From assembly GCA_040954595.2 (NCBI GenBank), contig CM082578.2, positions 2,772,831 through 2,836,830 of the forward strand: a DNA stretch of 64,000 nucleotides. The letters are read 5' to 3'. Below the pieces are notes generated by a model. It saw only the letters and a program-made list of their open reading frames with translations, did not search any database and was not told the DNA's origin. Below, piece after piece: positions 25,731-36,724 of the stretch. The position numbers and the translations under genes are program-made. The stretch is from Balanoglossus misakiensis (Eukaryota > Animalia > Hemichordata). How positions within the stretch are numbered: position 1 is the first letter of the stretch; each line of letters begins with the position of its first letter.

Positions 25731-27431
25731 ATGGTAAGTCTACAATCACAAAAGAGGACTAATTTGAACATGTTTAATTAGGTAAAATAGGTCGGAATGT
25801 TTGACGTTCTGATAACTGCCGTCATAACTTTTTTTGATATGTACGAAAGGAGAACAGCGAATACTTCAAAGTGGCCGTAGCCATTTTGCATCATGGCTTG
25901 AACTCTGGCAATTTTAACACAGATAACGATAAACGTATAGTACAAGGAGCGGTGAGACCTTCCATATTAGGTGTGTTTACGAAAAAAACACGGGACGGAC
26001 CGTCTAAGAATACACCTGTTTTCTATCTCAGACATTTCGACGATTTGTCGTCACAGCAGTGGTTTTACTGTCGCTACAAGCAAGCGGCTCCTTGCTAGAA
26101 AGAAACGATGGCGCCAATGAGAATGCCGCTTGTCACGGCGAAAAATGCCAGATCGATGTGAATACAGACGACGGATTGTACTACACAGACTGCGTATTAA
26201 CTGAGCGGTGCCCACCAGAGATGGCGGCCAAAGTCGGTGACGTTAAGGCCGGTCTTGTCGAGGAAACACTTCGCACTACGGTTTCGTTCGCTGCGGATTT
26301 TACGAATAACACTCACTTTTTATCCATTGTAATCATAGGCGAGCGCCTGTCTGAAGATATCGATCTGGTAAGTGAAATCTAATGCTGTTTTACTCTGATC
26401 TCAAAGTTATTACAAAACAAAATGGTGTCCATCGCCGCCCTTGCGCATGCGTGGCTTTTAGAACAGCCTTTGCAGTGGATATCATCGACACGATCAAGGT
26501 TCACATCTCAACAATAGAAGAAATATTTTATCATCAGTTATAATGCTGTCTGAAACTCTCAATTATCAAATAATACATGTATATTTGCTATACCACAGAC
26601 AATTCGTCTGTGGCTGTACTATACACGGATATGCAGAAAAGTATGTAAAGTAAAACAAACTGCAACATATAACGCTTTTCAACTGCTCTCCATAACATAA
26701 TTTCCATTTTGTTAACACATAGGGCTCTGGAGACGGGAGCGAGTCGATTTCTACTTGTGGTAATTGTGATTTGATAGAGTATGCCAATGGAATTGCTGCA
26801 TGGCATTGTAGGGTATGTACATTGGGAAGTCTAAATAGATTCTGTGGCAGCATGGTGTCTATGATCTTTCACCTGAACATAGGTCGATCGACACTTAGAA
26901 AATGTTCAACGTCTTTGAAAAATCTTCACAAGCAACGGAGCAACGGCAAATGAACTGAAGCTATCCCAAATTTTAACTAGAAATACTTAACAATGGGTCG
27001 ACTTTTCGAGTGCACATGGGTTGATGTTTCGAACATAGGTCGCACACCCCCGTATGAAAATTGTGGTAGTACCCCCACGGGCCTGAGATAAAACAGTGGC
27101 AATGACAATGCAGAAAGTGCGACTTTCATTTAACCCTTTCACCCCCGGTTCCCTCTATAGAGGTCCTATCTTACCACAGAAACAATGGGTTTGGACTGAA
27201 CCATTGTGGTGAAAAGGGTTAAAATGATACTGAATACTGTATTTACACTGTATTTTCTTCTTATCGTATTTCCCCACATTTCAGGAATCAGAATGTCACG
27301 ACGCATTCAAAGGTCCCTTCTCATGGGTTCCGTTTCAACCGGCTATCACGTCCATATCTGATGGCGCGTGTATTGAGGATGTCCCTCATTTCGGCGAAAT
27401 GATCTTCCATTGCAATTTCCACGTTGTCTAA
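25731..27431 (+). CDS. Secreted Cys-rich protein, family copy E (191 aa, 10 Cys, 4 exons)
   Basis: Exons 25731-25733, 26032-26367, 26723-26812, 27285-27431, all phase 0: MTFRRFVVTAVVLLSLQASG...CHGEKC..DC..RCP...DIDL/GSGDGSESISTCGNCDLIEYANGIAAWHCR/ESECHDAFKGPFSWVPFQPAITSISDGACIEDVPHFGEMIFHCNFHVV*. Confidence 0.87.
27134..27218. mobile_element. Tiny piggyBac-like MITE
   Basis: TTAA|CCCTTTCACC...GGTGAAAAGGG|TTAA. Confidence 0.6.
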
Positions 27432-28051
27432 TTTTGCTCTGTAGTCCATTAACAAACGAATCCATTCTCATACAAAACCGAGACAGGAAGTTATCTCTTG
27501 GTCTTCTGTTCCTTTACTAGCTTCACAATTATTTTTAAGAAGATGACGTATTGTAACACCAGCAAAACTTTGGGTCAACATTAACTGCGGGTAAATATTA
27601 CAATTTGGTGAAATGTATAAAGGGGATTACAACCAGGAATGTATTCCTGAGACCCAGAATAAAGTCTGATTTAGCCTCCATATGTTGAGTTCTCGTCTCC
27701 AGTTACAAAAGCATTACCTCTCAGCAACGGACTAAGTGTATTCCACACAAACAAGCTCTTCCTAAATTTGGTCCGTAACAATATTCACTCTGTGCTTTTG
27801 CATCATCGTCGCAAACCACGGCCCTTTTACGGCAGCGCTCTGCTCCCCGCAAAAATTTTAACCAGAGTACGTGATTTCGATAGTGAAACGAAAGAAATCC
27901 GTAGTCTGGTGGGGCGAGAATGTTTTGCATGTATAGTCAGAGGATAAAATAACATATAATTTCTCGCTCTATGAAAATTAATTCAGGCGTTCATCTGTAG
28001 ATGCGAAAGTATTTCTGCAATACTGGATACATTTAGATATTGTCTTCTTAA

Positions 28052-28846
28052 GATGGGTCCCCGGGATCTTTTTGCCCGTTGCTATGGGCCTTTGCAGGAC
28101 ATTACACCCCGATTTGGACTAAGCCGTTTTCAGAGTCTAACAAGGGGCTGGTAACTAGTTGAAAATCTGCACGATTGTGAGCGCGCGCCCCCTGACGCCA
28201 TTGATATGCAAATTAGCTAGGTCAAATTTCAAAAGCCTAAGGCTTTTTATTTCGTGACCTCAAAAACGAACTTGATACGTATTCATTAGTTGCTTGAACC
28301 AGGGAAGATCGTGACGGATTTTGTTTTCGAATATTATCGTTGTATCCTACGATTTCAGCACACCCGTACCACACCTGAAAAAGTCATCGATTTTGGGTGT
28401 TTTTGGACGCACTCTTCCACCGGTATCGCTTCTTAGCACGACGAAAACCGAAAAAACGATCCGTCACACTGTGCGGAAGTGCGTTCTCAACAAGCAGGTC
28501 AAATTTTACTGGCGTACGTGGCCTATGAAAAAAGCCTTAGGGATTTTCGTGAACGGTACAAAATCTCTGTGTACAAAACATTGGATTTTTAGCGTTCGAT
28601 CCAGTTACTGTGGTTACAGGACGCGCACGCTATCGCTGACCGCTGCTTTGCCGTATTAGCGTGGCGGCCTATGGCCGGGCGGTAGCTGCCGTAAACATAC
28701 TCGGACAGGGGGTGTGCACACAATCGTGTGTATTTTTAACTAGTTACAAGCCCCTTGTCGGACGTTCATAACGGTTTCGATCAAAATTGAGTGTAGTGTC
28801 CTATAAAGGCCCATAGCAACGGGCAAAAAGATCCCGGGGACCCATC
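28052..28846. mobile_element. TTAA-targeting MITE (Kolobok-like)
   Basis: 41-bp perfect TIR GATGGGTCCCCGGGATCTTTTTGCCCGTTGCTATGGGCCTTT extending imperfectly to ~130 bp; TTAA on both sides. Confidence 0.82.
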
Positions 28847-30199
28847 TTAACTACAGTCAGGACTAAGAGTGTAATAAAAAGCTAGTATCGGGCGTGCACA
28901 AATATACTGGTAGTAGCTTACAGACATTTGCGTTTATACTATCGCATGTGAGTTTTTTTATAGAAGTACAAAAAACAATCGTGTATGCTGTGCACACTAA
29001 CGCTAATTATAGCCTTATAATACGTCTGTAAAACGGCAGGATATCCTGAACATATACAGAAGAAACTCACTCACTCACAAACTCACTCACTCATAGCCCA
29101 CGTAACCGTCCGCTACGATGCTACCGGACATCGTACACTGATGCGCACCCAACGGTTTGGCTGAGGTGGATGGTTTAGGTGGAACTAGGCTCAGCGTTGT
29201 CATATATAACTGACCGAATATTTAAGTTTTAAAACCGAGTTTGTATTTTTGTCTGGTCTATTTATAAAATCTAATCATAGTCAAATTTCCCCCTGTAGGC
29301 CGCTATATGCGTTTGCTGTGTGCACAATGTATTATTGGGGGGGGGGGGGGGGGGGGGAGATGAGCTTTGGGAAATCATGATAGACACATACCATACAGTA
29401 CCCGCTTGAAAACACTTGTTCGCTGTACAGCGAAAACACACAAGCTTCAACAAGTGTTGATCATCAAATCAAAAGGTATCATGCTTACCTTTGCTGCCAA
29501 TTAAATGTCGTTCATCATGGAGTAACGATTTATGGGTCACATCTCCCTCCAGATAGTTGGCAATATCCTCAACAATGTCAGCGTATGCAGTGCTGCTATG
29601 CCGCACGGACCGAGCAAATATGTAGTTTCTGTAATGTTAACGAATTATCATTATGCAACATTAACAGAGGGTTGTTTCTTTCTCTTAATATGCGATATTT
29701 CGTCGATGCTTACAGATTATTTTTCAGGAACACACTGAAGTTGAGCGGTGGTGGGCTTTGCTCGTATTAGAAAACTTTCTAATGGTCTTGTCTTGAGTAA
29801 CTAACATTGCATCAAAACCAATGAAAACTCACAAAAGAAGCAAACATCGGTTTTACTATGCACTGCATATATTTTTTCATGTATACGACAAAAATCACTT
29901 TGTTTGCATTCCCAATGCTCACTTCACAGGTAACTTGGGAAAATTAAATAATGCATTTCTGGCGCTATTTTCAACCATGGGCAAAGGATGGGACGAAGGT
30001 CAAAAGAATAGTCGTGCGTGGGTCTTCATGTATTTTTAATACACAATGCAGATTCTTATATTATGCAAAATAAACTCTTGCAAAATCAATTAAATCCATA
30101 TCATGACGTTTAACAATGAAAAAAATCAAGTACGTGTCCCCTATCTGGCAATCCTTGAAATCTTTGTTTTGTAATTTAAAATGTTGATTCGGTATGATT

Positions 30200-31022
30200 A
30201 AAATAGCGATGCGGGTCATGCTCATTGCAACACCTATGACTGACGTCGACGTTAGAAAGGTCACTTTCACTTCAGCTATGCCCATTCTGACGGCTTTATC
30301 CACTAAATGGGTCAGGACTATACTTTGTCCCATTAATACCAAGGATACTTAAAGCATTAGTAGCCGTATCCGTTGAATATCTTTACATAAGGTAAACAAG
30401 AAACATTGCATCCAATTTGTCTTTGCTTCTCCGGTCGGTGACTTTGCTATGTTTACTTTCATGTTTGGAGGGCATTGGTCATGTTCATCACTCAAGTTGG
30501 TGTTTCTGGTTGTAGTTTCGCGGCACTGAATACTAACACTTTCCCGGAGTGGTATCGCTGACTGAGTTTCTCTTCTTCTATGAAATTTTAATTTGACATT
30601 GGCGCACGTACTCTTGCTACTTGAATTACGATGATTTATTTCATTTCCACCATCACAACCACCATCCTTACCAACGTCGCCATCCTCCTCCTCCTCCTCC
30701 TCCTCCTCCTCCTCATCATCATCTTTACTGATAACATTGATTTCGGCAAAAACATTCGTGTTTTCTGCACTGGAGTCTAACGCCAGATGTATTGGTCTAA
30801 GCAGTGCTGCACAAACACAGAGGTTGGCTGCCATTCCCGACAGTACCATCAAAGCCCCTCGCCAACCATATTTTTCAATAAAGATTTCGCAGAGTGGCGG
30901 AATGGCAAAATATCCCAACCCGGTTCCAGCGAATGCAGTCCCGTTTGCTGTGCTGACACGTTTGTTGAAATATTCTCCGAGAGTTACAAAAGATACTACC
31001 TGATAAATCCCAAACGACGCAC
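30200..31022 (-). pseudogene. SLC16/monocarboxylate-transporter-like MFS exon, probably a pseudogene
   Basis: Acceptor at 31023-31025; LGEYFNKRVSTANGTAFAGTGLG..PPL..YGWRGALMVLSG..NLCVCAALLRP, acidic loop, in-frame TAA at 30349-30351 followed by decayed THLVDKAVRMGI; other exons not found; 3' limit approximate. Confidence 0.75.
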
Positions 31023-31394
31023 CTGACAATAAAAGTATAAATAAATATTATTTGAGAATGTTATGGCCGTTGCTCAAAGCCAACGGATTACAAGATTTCT
31101 CATTCTCGTTGTGGTGTATTCAGCTGTACTTATACTGGTGCACATGCAACATTCGTAGATGTATCAACATGTGTAAAGGAATAATAATGGTAAGTGAAGT
31201 ACAATTCGTACATTTGGTGGTGAAATCTTGATCGTCGGTCATTGGACACGTTACTCTTTTTGCGAAATGAGATAGCATTGGTTAAGTTTCTTGGTCATTT
31301 CCACACTGTATTGTCAAAATTAGTTAAATGTTGCAAAAATCATAAATATTGATTTTCCTAGATACGCTGACGAAAAAATTGTTAAATGTTGGGC

Positions 31395-31675
31395 CAATGT
31401 CCCGGTCAGAAGGTAAATACGAGAGCTTCATAGAGCAGCGTTCGACAGGCTACACAACTCTCATCGTCCGTGTTCGAGTCGAGTCTCCTACCCCTTTCTG
31501 TTCACGTCTCTCTCTCAACACGCACGTACTTCAACAGCGCAATTGGGATGGGGGCGCCTCTTTGTCTACTAAATTGTGACGTTGTTACAATTTTAGAGAT
31601 AACGTGTCGGCGGAATCAAAGAAATACGGTGTTGCTTATTTGGCGTTTGTTGCTGGTATTTCGAATTCCGTGGTA
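31395..31675 (+). mobile_element. Solo arm of the TIR element seen complete at 50715-51931
   Basis: Reverse-complement homology to 50715-51000, ending GAATTCCGTGGTA. Confidence 0.7.
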
Positions 31676-33628
31676 AATAACAGACATGTTTCATCTTTTT
31701 TCAATATACATAGAGGTGTTCGACAGGGTGATCCTCTGTCACCTTATTTATTCATAACAGCTGTTGAGCTTTTGGCTGCTGCACTAAGAAGATCTCCCCA
31801 CGTCAAAGGATTCCAAGTAGAACATGAGAAATTTCTACTAGGTCAATACGCCGACGATTCATTCTTATTTCTAGATGGATCACAAAGCTCATTACAGGAA
31901 GTGCTTTTAATACTAAAACAATTTTCTTTGATTTCCCGTCTTCGTCCAAATTTTGAGAAAACTAAAGCTATTTGGTTTGGTTCGAGAGCATACTGTAATT
32001 AACAATTAGAAACTGATTATAATATACATTGGTCTGACGAACCTTTCATTGATTCAATTAAACGACTTTTGAATATGTGGTCCATGCGGCCACTGACATT
32101 GCGTGGGAAAATATGTGTTGTTAAGACATTGGCAGTACTTAAGCTCATTCATATCATATCAATACTACCAAAGATGTCGATTTCAGTGCTACAACAGTTA
32201 AATGATGCATTTTCAAGCTTTATTTGGAATAACAGACAAGCAAAAATTAATAGGCTCAGGCTGTGCTGTGATATTCAAAATGGTGGATTGAATATGGTAG
32301 ATTTGTCAACATTGGCTGATTCGCTCCATATATCATGGCTATACAGATTGATGGATGATAAACCGGGACAATGGAAACAATTATTTAATGTTACATGTGG
32401 GTTCAGTGGACACTGTTTTCCCTACTTCACTGCGCAAATTGCTAAAAAAGTGGCCTTTACTTACTTTAGTCAAAATTTATTTTGGAAAAACACGCTGATC
32501 ACGTGGTTTCCCATAAATAATGAAATCCAGGCCAGAGGGTCAATTTCAGAGTGCCTCTGGGCAAATCCAAATATTTTAATCGGTAATAAAATAGTGCATT
32601 ATCTAACCTGGCATCAACTGGGTGTTTGTAGCTTCAAAGACCTTTTAGATGAAAAACATTGTATAATGGACTTTAAAGATCTCAGGAAAAAATTTGATCT
32701 GCCCAACTCTGAAGTGTTTAAGTATATGTGTCTCATCGACGCCATACCGAGACAGTGGAAAGAAAATGCTAAAAAGAACCCAAATCAATTAAATAACAAC
32801 CAACTGTTCATATCAGGAAAAGTTTGTAGGCAAGTTTATTTAAACCTTTTTCAAAATTGCACAATGAAAAGAGTAAAATCTCAAAGCAGCACAATGAAAT
32901 GGATAGAGGAATTCAATCTGAATGAAGGGCTAACAAAATTCTTTCCACTTATTTTCAAAATCACAGATGACACAGCACTGCAAAGTTTCCAGTATAAAAT
33001 ATTAACTCAAATCATAGATACAAATAGATTTTTAAGAATAAGAAATGAAATTGATTCAGACAAATGTACTTTCTGTCATCTTTGGACTGAAGACATAATT
33101 CATCTTTTCTTTGAATGTGAATATGTCCTACAATTTTGGGGAGATATTGAATTAGTTCTGCTTCGAAATTGTAATATTCAACTTACTCTATCACCATAGA
33201 ATGTAATTTTGGGAAAGATCATGGAAGACAACTTTTCACTTGTCAATTTTGTCATTCTTTTACGTAAGAAACATATATACGAATGTAAGAAAAAACACAA
33301 AATACCAAATATACAATATTTTATGTAATGGGTATAACAAAAAATTGAAATAGAAAAATGTAAAAGGAAATTAAAAGAATTTGACAAAATGAACCCTGGT
33401 CCCAAATGGAAACAACTAAGTCAGTCTTGTGGACAGTCCCCACCATTATAAATAGTAATAATACGTGGATGTAACTTTGTTTGTGTTTTCTTTCTTTATC
33501 AGATGTAAGTTTACTACAGTTTGCCAAACCCTTCCCAGCCTCTGTTTTTTCGTTTCTTTTTCCTCTTTGTCTTGTCTTTTTTTTCCTTCTGAAATGCTCA
33601 ATAAAAATTAAAAAAAAAAAAAAAAAAA
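31672..33628 (+). mobile_element. L1/Tx1-clade LINE 3' fragment, decayed
   Basis: RGVRQGDPLSPYLF, QYADD, LTLRGKI, GGLN, C-terminal CTFC..EDIIHLFFEC zinc knuckle; several stops and an internal deletion; AATAAA plus poly(A) ending at 33628. Confidence 0.88.
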
Positions 33629-34771
33629 GTACATTTTTTGGGAATGCATGTAGCACACATGTATTGATGACCGCAGGTTTCCAATGCGTGGATGACATTC
33701 TCTATGGATCTAGGTAGTTATCATATATGCACATACGTACAATCAATTACTGGAGGATATCTTTTTGTCATGGACTTACATCATTACCTGTGCTGTGCTG
33801 TGTTGTGTTCGTCTGTACAATATGTCATATAAATTTGATAATTGATCGAATATTTGTGGAATATGGATGGATATGATAAAAAATTATTTGATGAAAATTA
33901 CGGTTATTTTAATAAACGCACATTTTAGTTCGCTATCACTTCAAACTTCGCATACGTGTTGTTGTTGTTTTTCCCGGAACAGCATTCGAAATACCACCCA
34001 TGGCAGCAGTTGATGGTTGTGAGGTTATTGCAATAGTGTTGTATGTCCCCATGGCCATGTTCCAGTGGGTCGTACAAATTTGGGTCTGTCCTTCCTCCAC
34101 ATGCGGAGATGAATTTCATTCAAATCTTGTAACACAAAAGTCTATAGTGCTGCATGTTTATTGTGAATGTCAGAGAGCCATTTGATTTGTTTTCATTGCT
34201 CAAACTTTTTTTAAAAACAACCCATCTCTCTTTGATCCTCTTGTTATACCCATTATTCGCTGACCGGTGTTCACAGATTAAGTTGTTCGCAGATGCTTAA
34301 TGGGAAATGCGATAGCTTTTATTTTGGATTAGGAAATGGCAAGACTCTTGGGGAAAATGCAGATTGAAATGTTTAACTTTAATGTTTGCAGCCCACTGTC
34401 ATATTATCCAGTCATATTTTTAACCCTTGGTACACGTTGTTCGTACGCCGCACCGATTGGGAAGAAACGTGTTAACACCATTTTTGGATCTGGTGCCTGT
34501 AATAGTGGCGTGATTAAAATTATATAGGTCAATTTCAAATGACATACCATGAAACAATATTTCCCCACCCTGGTATAAAACCCTCTCTAGGTTGGGAATG
34601 GCTTGCCACATTGCCAAATTTTTTTTCTAGGAAACAGGTGAGCAGATGAGCACTTAGATTGATGGATGTAAATTTGGGAACTTAAATAACAACAGGTAAT
34701 TCTTAAATTATTAAAACTGGAAAATAATTGCATTATGATATTTTTATTTTAATACATATCAGTAATCACAG

Positions 34772-34952
34772 TACAAGTTTAGTAAATACACTTTTGCATT
34801 ACAATTTACATAAACTGCCTACCGATCTCTACTATTGTGAATCATGACAATTTCAATGACTCTACAAGTTTAATAAATAAACTAGTGCATTACAATTTAC
34901 ATAAACTGCCTACCGATCTCTACTATTGTGAATCATGACAATTTCAATGACT
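34772..34952. repeat. Tandem duplication of ~91 bp
   Basis: TACAAGTTT...TGCATTACAATTTACATAAACTGCCTACCGATCTCTACTATTGTGAATCATGACAATTTCAATGACT occurs twice. Confidence 0.85.
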
Positions 34953-36724
34953 GTAATATACACTTCACTCTACTACATATTTAATATTACTTCAGGGAAG
35001 CTAATTCTCTGTCATCTGACATTCAACAGACTTCTAGTCTAAAAAAATAGCGTCAAGGACACTGTGGTCCCATCTGAGGATTACGCATAAATAAGGTTAC
35101 CCCAGAATAAAAATTACAGGTGACATTGCGAGCAGATATGATCTTACCATATAGAAATATGGAATGTAAAAAAATTAACAAGGAACATGCCCAATAAACT
35201 GCCATGTGTCATGGCAGACTTACAAGTGGTGCTAGAACAAAAAATGTCAAGCAACTTCTTTCAGTCAGCCCTGGAACAGACAGACAGACACACACACTGA
35301 CCTGCCACTTGTAATTAAAAATTTATTTGCTGGTGGTCTCTGTAACAGCTAGCCTATTAAAGTTATGTAAACATGTCTAAGTTGGGGGTAACAACTCCTT
35401 GTCAACAGTAACTTTCAAAACAACTGGACAATTGGTTTAGGGGAAGATTTGCTAACCAAAAACAAAGAAACTTACAAAAAAACTCGCTAAATATTGAATA
35501 TTTCTGATATCAGAATTGAATAAAAGTTGCACATATACATGTATGTGTTATGAAATTGTATCCTAAATTTCAAAGCAATCAGAGAAAAAACTAATTTCAA
35601 AGCAATCCAACCAGCAGTTTCACAGAAAATATTTGTTCAAAAGTGGCAAAAACACAAATATGCAAACATCACCAAAATTGTACAATGTCTTACTTCAAGC
35701 ACTACAAGGAACATGCCTGCCAAAGTTCAATGCAATATGACAAGCAGTTTCAGAGAAAACAATTTTTGACGAAAATTGCAAAAGTTTCCCCAATAACACA
35801 TTTATGCAAATATCACATTTTTTACAACATATTACTAAGGTTACCCCGACGAACATGCCTACCAAATTGCAAAGCAATCTGGCATGCGGTTTTAAAGGAA
35901 AAAATGTTTGACTAAAAATGGCAAATATTGCTCAAAATTATAAATATGCAAATTTTGCAACAATTTGAACACAACAATGGTTACTCAGTCAACTATAAGG
36001 AAGCTTCATACTAAATTTCAAAGAAGTAAGCCTATCACTTTCAGAAATGAAGACTTTTTACCAATAACATGGAAAAATAAAAAAAAATGCATCAAAAATA
36101 GGAAATCGATAATATTAGCTTAAAACATACAGGACTGTATGGGGTTGACATAAGATACATGCATACCAATTTTCAAACCAATCTGACCAGTGGTTGTCGA
36201 TTTTTGAGTTTTGACCAATTTCACACTTTCCCAGCTAATTTGCATATTTTTGGCAATGGCAATTTCATTTGAACAAACTCCCATCTACAGCCCAGCCTGC
36301 ATCTGCACACCTAATATCAAGGTGATACACGCAGCGGTTTTCAAGTTTTGGATGTGGACGGACATACAGACATACATCCATACATCCATCCATACATACA
36401 GACGCAACCGATCCCACAAGGTCCCATGGTATAAACCAATGGGATCTAAAAATTTAAACAAAAACTCAAGACATTTCTATTTGTTGAAGCTTATGAAAAC
36501 TGATATTAACTTTCAGTGCCTTTGAGAATATCATTGTTATTGATTCTGGCACTTTATAAATGTTTATTTTGATTTGATTTGATTTGATTAGATGAAACAA
36601 TACTTAATTAACAGAACAAAATTGATGAAAAAATATGCAAAAGTTACAGATAGTGAAGCTTTATATCATACAGAGCTACCAATCATCAAACATAATATTT
36701 GTTTTACAGTCAGTTCGTTTGTGT

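Noticed and set aside
35045-36450. Short ORFs in AT-rich repeat-like DNA
   Set aside because: Resembles 42560-42790 and 58150-59090, a non-coding dispersed repeat; no protein motifs.
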